Part shown: one piece after another, positions 49,101 through 58,200 of the stretch
How the letters are laid out: every line of letters begins with the position of its first letter
Position numbering within the stretch: position 1 is the first letter of the stretch
Assembly (NCBI GenBank): GCA_965219455.1
Contig: OZ244744.1
Location: 640,001 to 704,000, forward strand
Direction of reading: 5' to 3'
DNA from: Candidatus Latescibacterota bacterium
GTDB lineage: Bacteria > Latescibacterota > UBA2968 > GCA-2709665
Length of the DNA: 64,000 nt
Translations under genes and position numbers: made by a program
Notes under the pieces: model-generated
What the model saw: only the letters and a program-made list of their open reading frames with translations
What the model was told of the DNA's origin: nothing
Databases searched by the model: none

Positions 49101-49429
49101 TCGTCTCTCTGATTGCCTCTCCCGCCATTGGAGATCAGGTCTAGAGACAAAACCGCGTTGGCATTGGCGCCGGCGGCTATTTTTGCACTCGGTTCACCCA
49201 TGTCCCAAAACGCCGGATCCTCTGGCTCGCCTTCAAGTTGAAAGACTTCGCTCTTCTCGAGTGATTCGGCAGATATGGGAGGTTTAGACGCTCTATCCTT
49301 TGTCTGATTGTCCGCGCCACCCGTAGCATTGGGGGTGGCAAACACGTGTTTGCCCACAAAGATGAACAGGGCAAATCCGGCAATAACCAACACACCGCTT
49401 AGCAGCTTTGAAAACATCAGTTTACGCAT
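46196..49429 (-). CDS. Secreted modular protein: cohesin-like, dockerin-like, internalin-type LRR, plant-type LRR, CARDB-like and C-terminal domain
   Basis: GGAGG RBS before MRKLMF; sixteen 24-aa LRRs encoded by 72-bp repeats; PDLIVESPSV...YYGAC...NNC. Confidence 0.85.
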   Translation of the reverse strand: MRKLMFSKLLSGVLVIAGFALFIFVGKHVFATPNATGGADNQTKDRASKPPISAESLEKSEVFQLEGEPEDPAFWDMGEPSAKIAAGANANAVLSLDLISNGGRGNQRDDGVTNGTASGQGTTIAIEVFATGVTTSLRGVILKFEFDASLLSYVKAENSAFPLAIPDASVGTNLAATAPATLVVSGFLARAEFETAVDVTGREFAIGIESVTLAESSASQDELTTTSEISFNATPSPDFDGDGTVGFSDFLAFASGFGTQQGDAGYDARFDLNGDGDVGFSDFLIFAGAFGSQVSPSGAGATVNIADANLRAVIADALAKASGAPITRAEMATLTRIDAPNKGIRSLAGLEHATNLQRLGLGRVRVNGVLVNSNVLSNLSPLSNLTNLTYLSLTTNRISDISALSKLTNLTELHLGGNETISDISALTNLTNLTRVSLWGNSISDISVLANLENLEVLSLSGNQLSGAIPVELGNLSNLTHLYLYENELSGAIPVELGNLENLELLYLHENELSGAIPVELGNLENLELLSLSGNQLSGAIPVELGNLSNLTHLYLYGNELSGAIPVELGNLENLELLSLHENELSGAIPVELGNLENLEVLSLGGNQLSGAIPVEMGSLSNLTLLYLHENELSGAIPVELGNMEDLEWLSLRGNELSGAIPVELGNLSNLTHLDLQENQLSGTIPVELGNLSNLTYLNLHQNQLSGTIPVQLGNLSNLTLLDLQENQLSGTIPVELGNLSNLKHLNLHQNQLSGTIPVQLGNLSNLTLLDLQENQLSGTIPVELGNLSNLKHLNLHQNQLSGTIPVQLGNLSNLTLLDLQENQLSGAIPQNMTGLTKLETFHFRGNGGLCAPLNAAFQTWLQGIKNATGPNCSGTSPPSGGPDLIVESPSVNDNTLTTGQSFTLRATVRNQSNASSGSTTLRYYRSADATISTDDTEVGTDAVSSLSAGGTSAESISLNAPSDAGTYYYGACVDNVSGESNTGNNCSSGASVTVSGGGDDGRACTAGLVVNPDESCNYKNGTFYVNSSGLGIIVSGGLVMTAGNSHNQRGLINGVRWNFRASKNSGSNSWTIHVAN

Positions 49430-49639
49430 GTCTTCCTCCTGGAACGGTTTCGCGTTGCTGAGCTGCAACCCGAAAGTAGTGATGAACCGCAGACCCCGTT
49501 GGATTCTAGCTTTGATTTGTCAAGAACATGCGGTTGACAACTTGTACAAGTACGCATTTTCTCCGACCACGTCCGATGAATTCGAGATTCGTCGGTTTGC
49601 GAAATCAAATCGCCGTTGTTCTTCCGGCCGAACCCGAGC

Positions 49640-49960
49640 GAACGTCACAAGCCCCGCTTCGGGTAACTGGTATCCGATTGCCGTGGCGGGGTTGAATGGA
49701 TTGGGCGCGTTCCGGTTCAGCCCGTATTGATCCGGCAGCGGCCGCAGGTTCCCGATTTCAACGCGGGCTAGCAGATCCACGGCGCCGTCCACGTCCACCA
49801 GCACGCTCTCGGAGACCCGAAGATCCGGCGACGACGGCCTGGCGTTCGTCTTGAAGACAAGCTCCGCGAGCGCTCCTTCGCCGGCGGCGAGATCGTCAAC
49901 CCGCTCCAGCTTGAGCAGCGCAAGGGCGGCCAGGGACACCGTTCGTTTCGTGGAAGCCAT
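49640..49960 (-). pseudogene. Internally deleted relic: signal peptide of the 43329-type gene joined to cohesin/FlgD-CTD of the 63516-type gene
   Basis: MASTKRTVSLAALALL followed by ELVFKT...IGNLRPLPDQYGLNRNAPNPFNP..IGYQLPEAGLV, then similarity breaks. Confidence 0.8.
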
Positions 49961-50032
49961 TTGTCAAACTCCTCTCCTGTTGGCGCCGGATGCGCGAATC
50001 CGATCCTAATTGTGCGCCCGGTTTTCACCATC

Positions 50033-52216
50033 TTACGTACCGAAAGCATCGACAAACTTGACGAAATCTGCGTAATCCACCGTTCCGCTGCCGTTGAGGT
50101 CAAAGCGCGCGTCGGTACCGCCATACGCATCCACAAACAGAAAAAAATCGGCGTAATTGGTCCGCCCGTCGCCATTGAAATCGGTGGTCTTTTCGACGGG
50201 GGACGAGGTAGACGTCCACTCGGACACGTCCCAGAATTTGATCTGCTTACTATTCGACTTCGCATCATTGCCAATGAGCATTCTTCCGTCCGGAGAAAAC
50301 AACAGGCGCCGCACGCCGCCCGGTCCCCCTGAGATGGACGCCATAAGTTCGCTCGTCGAAATGTCCCATATTTCAATCAGACCAAAGGCCGTCACTGCGA
50401 GAATGGTACCATCGGGTGAAAACACCGGATAAGCACGATTGTAATCACGCATATCGTTCACGGCGCCGGTCTGTGCTCCTGTTGCCAGATCCCAAAGCTT
50501 AACTGTCCATGAAGTAGGTGATGCGAGAAGTGTCCCATCCCTGGAAACCGCTACCGCTCCTCTTGCTCCTGTCTCAATGGTCGAAATCTGGGATTTTGTA
50601 GTTACGTTCCATAGCCTGACAGTGCCGTCAAAAGACACGGAAGCAAGCTTCCCATCGCTCACAAAGGCGACCTTGCCTATTCTTTCAGCGTGTCCATCAA
50701 GGGTAGCGCTAGTTGCCCACGTCGCCACGTTCCAGATCTTTACCGTGCTGTCGATTGATCCGGAAGCGAGCATCGACCCGTCCGGCGAAAAGTCCAGAGA
50801 CGTGCCTTGATCAGTATGGCCTTCTAGCGTCGCGACTTCTGCTTCGCTGGTCACGTTCCACACTTTGATAGCGCCTTCCCGGGATCCTGCGGCGAGCAGC
50901 GTCCCGTCGGGAGAAAACGCTACAGTCGGAATCGTGTTGGACGAATAGTCTAAGGTGGTTCCTAAGGTGGTTATCGTCTCCCTTTTCGCAACGTCCAGCA
51001 ACTCCACAGTGGAAGCGCCGATTGCCAGAAATGCGCCGTCAGGAGATACCGCGAGGGCGCCGATGTCGTAAAAATGCGGCCTTTCGAGTGTGGCGATATG
51101 CTGCGGCGAGTGTCCCGCCTCAAGGGTAAAAAAAGCACTAGTACTCCGGGTGTGGGTACGATTTCCTGCCGTATCAACGGCCACGACATAGAACCGATGC
51201 TGAACCGTGTTGGAAAGCGTCGTATGCGCTTCGGCCACGGTGCCGACGTTGTCAGACGGAAGCCTGCCGTCAAAGTTGAATTCAACGACGGTATCCGTTT
51301 CGCCGGACAACCCATGGCACGCTTTCACTTCGGGTGTGCCGCCCAGAAATGGATTCTTGGGTTTGACGAACAGAATCACCTGGTGGAGTCCGTCATCATC
51401 GTGGACTCTCAGCTGGACGGGCGTACTCTGCGACCTGAACGGATATTCGGTTGATGAAACAAGCTCAAACGTAGGCGGCGATTCGTTTTCAAGTGGTACA
51501 TCGGGGTCGAAATAGGGATGCACGGCCAGGAACTCTGCGGCGCACGCGGACAATTCGGCGGACGACCTCTCCGCTCGTCCATACGACATGATGTACTTAT
51601 CGTCCCGGAAGTCATGGTGAAGGCCAAAGGCATGTCCCAGTTCATGCGCGGCGGCAAACCAATTCCAGTCGCCGTAAACCATCGCCCATCCGCTGTCTTT
51701 TCCCCCTGTTCCGCGGCCGTGGGCGGTTCTACTACTGACGTCCATGACAATCAGCATTATGTTTTTCGAGTTGTCGAATGCACGTTTAATCTCCCCTTCC
51801 GTATATCCCCGGCTGCTGTAGTGGCTGTCGGCGTAGTCCCCGTCTACGCGATGAACGACGGGATCGCCCTCGTCATCGGTTTCGATCCGGAAAGTCGTGT
51901 TTCCATATCCAAGCGCCTCCATCTGCTCGCCATAGAACGTCTGAAGATCGAGAATCCCCGATTTCATCGAATCGACCACCTCGGTGCGATACGGCCGGTC
52001 GTTTGGCAGAAAGTAGAAGAGCCGCAAGGTGCGGGGCTCGCCCACGTTCAGGTCCGCAGCCCACTTGCCCGCGGGACCGGGCTTATCGCTCTGCCAATGT
52101 TCGGGATCGACAGGCAGGCAGACATGCACGCTGTCGGCGGGCAGGGATGAAGCATTGGCGACCGCCAGGGGTGCGAGCAAGACGACCCAAATGACAAAGT
52201 GCATCATTGGCTTCAT
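50033..52216 (-). CDS. Secreted metzincin protease with WD40 propeller and C-terminal dockerin-like domain (paralog of the 43329 gene)
   Basis: HELGHAFGLHH...IMSY, WD40 repeats, DFNGDGRTNYADF...DLNGSGTVDYADF. Confidence 0.85.
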   Translation of the reverse strand: MKPMMHFVIWVVLLAPLAVANASSLPADSVHVCLPVDPEHWQSDKPGPAGKWAADLNVGEPRTLRLFYFLPNDRPYRTEVVDSMKSGILDLQTFYGEQMEALGYGNTTFRIETDDEGDPVVHRVDGDYADSHYSSRGYTEGEIKRAFDNSKNIMLIVMDVSSRTAHGRGTGGKDSGWAMVYGDWNWFAAAHELGHAFGLHHDFRDDKYIMSYGRAERSSAELSACAAEFLAVHPYFDPDVPLENESPPTFELVSSTEYPFRSQSTPVQLRVHDDDGLHQVILFVKPKNPFLGGTPEVKACHGLSGETDTVVEFNFDGRLPSDNVGTVAEAHTTLSNTVQHRFYVVAVDTAGNRTHTRSTSAFFTLEAGHSPQHIATLERPHFYDIGALAVSPDGAFLAIGASTVELLDVAKRETITTLGTTLDYSSNTIPTVAFSPDGTLLAAGSREGAIKVWNVTSEAEVATLEGHTDQGTSLDFSPDGSMLASGSIDSTVKIWNVATWATSATLDGHAERIGKVAFVSDGKLASVSFDGTVRLWNVTTKSQISTIETGARGAVAVSRDGTLLASPTSWTVKLWDLATGAQTGAVNDMRDYNRAYPVFSPDGTILAVTAFGLIEIWDISTSELMASISGGPGGVRRLLFSPDGRMLIGNDAKSNSKQIKFWDVSEWTSTSSPVEKTTDFNGDGRTNYADFFLFVDAYGGTDARFDLNGSGTVDYADFVKFVDAFGT

Positions 52217-52279
52217 CTCAACCTCCTTCCGTATTCCGTATCCTACCTTCGACGGGGCCGCGGCCGGGCACGGCGCCTG

Positions 52280-55200
52280 TTATTCGGATTCTGTATGTGG
52301 AACCTTCAAATGTGGCCGTACAGTCCGTAATTGATCCCGTAATTGCATCACCTGACGGCGGGGCGTACTATCCCCGCCACCGGTGCCGGTGTCCTGGCTG
52401 ATCACCCCCACCGCCAGTCCCGACGGATCGACAAGCCCGTCGGCGCTGGTGACCAGGTCTTCGACGCTGGAGCCATCCAGATTCGCTCGCTGGATCTTGT
52501 CCCCATCGACGTCCGTCCAGTACATCTTGCCGCCGGACACGTCCAGAGCCAGACCGGTGGGAGTGCTCAGGCCGCTGGCGACCAGGTCTTCCACGTTGGA
52601 GCCGTCCGGATTCGCACGCTGAACCTTGTGTGTGCCGCGATCCGTCCAGTATATCTTGCCGCCGGACAAATCCAGAGCCAGACCGGTGGGACTGTTCAGG
52701 CCGCTGGTGACCAGATCTTCCACGTTGGCGCCGTCCAGATTCGCGCGCTGGATCTTATCCGATCCCGGATTCGTCCAGTACATCTTGCCGGCAGACACGT
52801 CCAGGGCAAGTTCACCGGGAAACGCCAGGCCAGGCAGGGTGAGGAGGTCTTCGATATTTGTACCATCCAGATCGGCGCGTTGAATCTTGCTCGTCTGCCG
52901 ATTCGTCCAGTACATCTTGCCACCGGACGGGTCCAGAGCCAGACCGTACGGCACGCTCAGGCCGCTGGTAATCAGGTCTTCCACGTTGGCGCCGTCCAGG
53001 TCCGCGCGCTGGATCTTGTTCGACCCTACGTTCGTCCAATATATCTTGCCGCCGGACGGGTCCAGAGCCAGACCGTCGGGACCATCGAGTCCAGCGTCAC
53101 TGACCAGGTCTTCCACGTTGGAGCCGTCCAGGTCCGCACGTTGAATCTTATCGGTGCCCCAGTCCGTCCAGTACAGTTTGGAAGTACCCGTGGCGGGTGG
53201 GGGCGCCGTCGAGACCGTTATACTCACCGCTGCGGAGCAGTTGTTCCCGGTATCGGTTTCGTCGCTGACGCTCTCGACGCAGGCGCCGTAGTAGTAGGCG
53301 CCGGCGCTCGAGGGGGCGGTCAGCTCGATCGAATTACCGCTGGTTCCCGAGGCCGACAGGACCCCCACGGCGTCGGACCCCACCTCGGTATCGCTGGCAG
53401 AGATTGTCGCGTCGGTCGAGCGGTAGAAGCGCAGGGTGGTCACCACCGACTGACCCGTGCCCTGGTTGCGTACCGTGGCGTTCAGTGTGAAGGAAGCCCC
53501 AGCGGTCGGGTTGCTGTCACTGACCGTAGGCAAGTCAACGACGAGATCCGGGGCGACCACGGTTACGGTCACGGCTGCGGAGCAGTTGTTCCCGGTATTG
53601 CTTTCCCAACTGTCGCTCTCGACGCAGGCGCCGTAGTAGTAAGTCCCTGCGCTGGAGGGGGCGGTCAGGACGATTGAACGATTTCTGGTTCCGGAGACTG
53701 CCAGGCTGCCCACCCTGAGGGACCCCACCTCGGTATCGCTGTCAGAGATCGTCCCATCGGTCGAGCGGTAGAAGCGCAGGGTGGCCGCCGCCGACAGACC
53801 CGGACCCGTGCCCTGGTTTTCTACTGTGACCCTCAGATAGAAGGAGGCTCCAGCGGTCGGATTGCTGGGTATTGCTCGAGGCGTACCAACCACTAAGTCC
53901 GGGGCGCCCACGTCTACGTGTACGGCTGGGGAGCAGTTATTCTCGGTATTGCTTTCGCCGCTGACGCTCTCGACGCAGGCTCCGTAGTAGTAGTTGCCGG
54001 CGTTGGCGGGGAAGTAGACTATGATCCACTCGGCGCTGGTCCCGGAAGCGGACAGGCCCAACACCTCGTCGGTGCCGACCTGCGTGTCGCTGGTTGAAAT
54101 GGTTGCGTCGGTGGAAAGGAACCAGCGAAGGGTGGTCGCCGCGGACTGGCCGGTTCCCTGGTTGCGTACCGTGGCGCTCAGGACGAAGTCAGCCCCGGCG
54201 GTCGGGCTACCGACGATTACCGTAGGCGAGTCAACGACGAGATCCGGGGCAGGCGCCACGTTTACGGTTACGGCTGCGGAGCAGTTGTTTCCGGTATCGC
54301 TCTCGTCGCTGACGCTCTCGACGCAGGCGCCGTAGTAGTAGGTACCGGCGCTCGAGGGGGCGGTCAGCTCGATTGAATGCTCGCTCCTTCCGAAGGACGA
54401 CAGCCCCCCCACGTCTTGGGACCCCACCTCGGTATCGCTGGCAGAGATCGTTCCGTCGGTCGAGCGGTAGAAGCGCAGGGTGGTGGCCGTGGACTGGCCG
54501 GTTCCCTGGTTGCCCACGGTGGCGCTCAGGGTGAAGGAGGCCCCGGCGGTCGGGCTGCTGTTGCTGACCGTAGGCGCGTCTACTACGAGATCCGGGGCAG
54601 GTGCGGCGCTCACCGTTACGGTCACGGCTGCGGAGCAGTTGTTCCCGGTATCGCTTTCGCCGCTGACGCTCTCGACGCAGGCGCCGTAGTAGTAAGTCCC
54701 TGCGCTCGAGGGGGCGGTCAGGCTGATCGACTCTGCACTGGTACGGGATGCGGCAAGGACGCCCACCGCATGGCGCCCCACCTCGGTAACGTTGGCAGAA
54801 AGCGTCGCGTCGGTGGAAAGGAACCAGCGCAGGGTGGTCGCCGCGGACTGGCCGTTGCCCTGGTTGCGGACCGTAGCGCTCAACGTGAAGGAAGCCCCGG
54901 CGGTCGGGCTGCTGTTGCTGACCGTTGGGGTATCGACGACGAGATCCGGGGCAGGTGCGGCGCCCACGTTTACGGTTACTGCTGCGGAGCAGTTGTTCCC
55001 GGTGTTGCTTTCGCCGCTGACGCTCTCGACACAGGCGCCGTAGTAGTAAGTCCCTGCGCTGGAGGGGGCGGTCAGGCTGATCGACTCTGCACTGGTACGG
55101 GATGCGGCAAGGACGCCCACCGCATGGCGCCCCACCTCGGTAACGTTGGCAGAAAGCGTCGCGTCGGTGGAAAGGAACCAGCGCAGCGTGGTGGCCGCGG

Positions 55201-58200
55201 ACTGGCTGTTGCCCTGGTTGCGTACCGTGGCCCTCAGGGCGAAGGAAGCCCCAGCGGTCGGGGTGCTGTTGCTGACCGTAGGGGCATCGACGACGAGATC
55301 CGGGGCGCCCACGGTTACGGTCACGGCCAGGGAGCAGTTGTTTTCGGTATCGGATTCACCTGAAACGGCATCCACACAAGCGCCGTAGTAGTAGGCGCCG
55401 GCGCTCGAGGGGGCGGTCAGGGTGATCGACTCGAAACTGGTGCGAGAGGGGGCAAGGACGCCCACCGCGTCGGTGCCGACCTCCGTATCCAGGGTCGTAA
55501 TCGTCGCGTCGGTCGAGCGATAGTAGCGCAAGGTCGTGGCCGCTGCGGACTGGCGGTTGCCCTGGTTGCGGACGGTGGCCCTCAGGGCGAAGGAAGCCCC
55601 GGCGGTCGGGGTGCTGTTGCTGACCGTAGGCGCGTCAACGACGAGGTCGGTGGCCGGAGCGGCGCCCACGGTTACGGTCACGGCCAGGGAGCAGTTGTTC
55701 CCGGTATCGGATTCACCTGAAACGGCATCCACACAGGCGCCGTAGTAGAAGATCCCTGCATCCGACGGCGCATTCAGGCTGATCGACTCTGCACTGGTAC
55801 CGGGAGCGGCAAGGACGCCCACCGCGTCGGTGCCGACCTCCGTATCCAGGGTCGTAATCGTCGCGTCGGTCGAGCGATAATAGCGCAAGGTCGTGGCCGC
55901 TGCGGACGGGCGGTTGCCCTGGTTGCGTACCGTGGCCCTCAGGGTGAAGGAAGCCCCGGCGGTCGGCCTGCTGTTGCTGACCGTAGGGGCATCAACGACG
56001 AGATCAGGGGCGCCCACGGTTACGGTCACGGCTGCGGAGCAGTTGTTCCCGGTATCGCTCTCGTCGCTGACGCTCTCGACGCAGGCGCCGTAGTAGTAGG
56101 CGCCGGCGCTGGCGGGGGCGGTCAGGCTGATCGACTCTGCACTGGTACGGGATGCGGCAAGGACGCCCACCGCGTCGGTGCCGACTTCGGTATCGATGTC
56201 AGTGATCGTCGCGTCGGTCGAGCGATAGTAGCGCAGCGTGGTCGCCGTGGACTGGCCGGTACCCTGGTTGCGGACGGTCGCGCTCAACGTGAAGGAAGCC
56301 CCGGCAGTCGGGCTGCTGGTGCTTACCGAAGGCGAGTCAACGACAAGATCCGGGGCGCCCACGGTGACGGTCACGGCTGCGGAGCAGTTGTTCCCGGTGT
56401 CGCTTTCCCCGCTGACGCTCTCGACGCAGGCGCCATAGTAGTAGGTCCCGGCGCTCGAGGGGGCAGTCAGCTCGATTGAATGGTCGCTGGTTCCGGAGGC
56501 CGCCAGGCCGCCCACGGCGTCGGACCCCGCCTCGGTATCGCTGGCAGAGATCGTCCCGTCCGTCGAGCGGAAGAAGCGCAGGGTGGTGGCCGCGGACTGG
56601 CCGTTGCCCTGGTTGCGTACCGTGGCGCTCAACGTGAAGGAAGCCCCGGCAGTCGGGCTGCTGGTGCTGACCGTTGGGGTATCGACGACGAGATCCGGGG
56701 CGACCACGGTTACGGTCACGGCCAGGGAGCAGTTGTTTTCGGAATCGGATTCACCTGAAACGGCATCCACACAAGCGCCGTAGTAGAAGATCCCTGCATC
56801 CGACGGCGCGTTCAGGCTGATCGACTCGGCACTGGTACCGGGAGCGGCAAGGACGCCCACCGCGTCCGTGCCGACTTGCGTATCCTGCGTCGTAATCGTC
56901 GCGTCGGTCGAGCGGTAGTAGCGCAAGGTCGTGGTCGCCGCCGAAGCTCCCGAGCCCTGGTTGCGTACCGTGGCGCTCAGGGTGAACGAAGCCCCGGCGG
57001 TCGGCCTGCTGTTGCTGACCGTTGGGGCTTCGACGACGAGATCCGGGGCGACCACGGTTACGGTCACGGCTGCGGAGCAGTTGTTTTCGGAATCGGATTC
57101 ACCTGAAACGGCATCCACACAAGCACCGTAGTAGTAGGTCCCTGCATCCGACGGCGCATTCAGTCTGATCGACTCGGCACTGGTACCGGGAGCGGCAAGG
57201 ACGCCCACCGCGTCGGTGCCGACCTCCGTATCCCGGGTCGTAATCGTCGCGTCGGTGGAAAGGTACCAGCGCAGGGTGGTCGCCACGGACTGGCCGTTGG
57301 CCTGGTTGCGTACCGTGGCGCTCAGGGTGAAGGAAGCTCCGGCCGTCGGGCTGCTGGTGCTGACCGTTGGGGTATCGACGACCAGGTCGGGAGCAGGTGC
57401 GGCGCCCACGGTGACAGTCACAGCCGGGGAGCAGTTATTCCCTGCGTCGGATTCACCGCTGACGCTCTCGACGCAGGCGCCGTAGTAGTAGGTCCCTGCG
57501 CTCGAGGGGGCGGTCAGACTGATCGACTCGGAACTGATGCGAGAGGCGGCCAGGGTGCTCACAAGGGCGGTGCCGACCTCGGTGTCGCTGGTGGAAACCG
57601 TCGCGTCGGTGGAAAGGTACCAGCGCAGGGTGGCCGCCGCCGAAGCTCCCGAGCCCTGGTTGCGTACCGTGGCGCTCAGGGTGAAGGAGGCCCCCGCGGT
57701 CGGGCTGCTGGTGCTGACCGTAGGGACATCGACGACGAGATCCGGGGCGACCACGTTTACGGTAACGGCTGCGGAGCAGTTGTTTTCGGAATCGGATTCA
57801 CCTGAAACGGCATCCACACAAGCACCGTAGTAGAAGATCCCTGCATCCGACGGCGCATTCAGTCTGATCGACTCGGCACTGGTACCGGGAGCGACAAGGA
57901 CGCCCACCGCGTCGGTGCCGACCTCCGTATCCCGGGTCGTAATCGTCGCGTCGGTCGAGCGATAGTATCGCAGGGTGGTCGCCGCGGACTGGCCATTGCC
58001 CTGGTTGCGTACCGTGGCGCTCAGGGTGAAGGAAGCTCCGGCCGTCGGGCTGCTGGTGCTGACCGTTGGGGTATCGACGACCAGGTCGGGAGCAGGTGCG
58101 GCGCCCACGGTGACGGTCACAGCCGGGGAGCAGTTATTCCCGGCGTTGGATTCACCGCTGACGCTCTCGACGCAGGCGCCGTAGTAGTAGGTCCCTGCGC

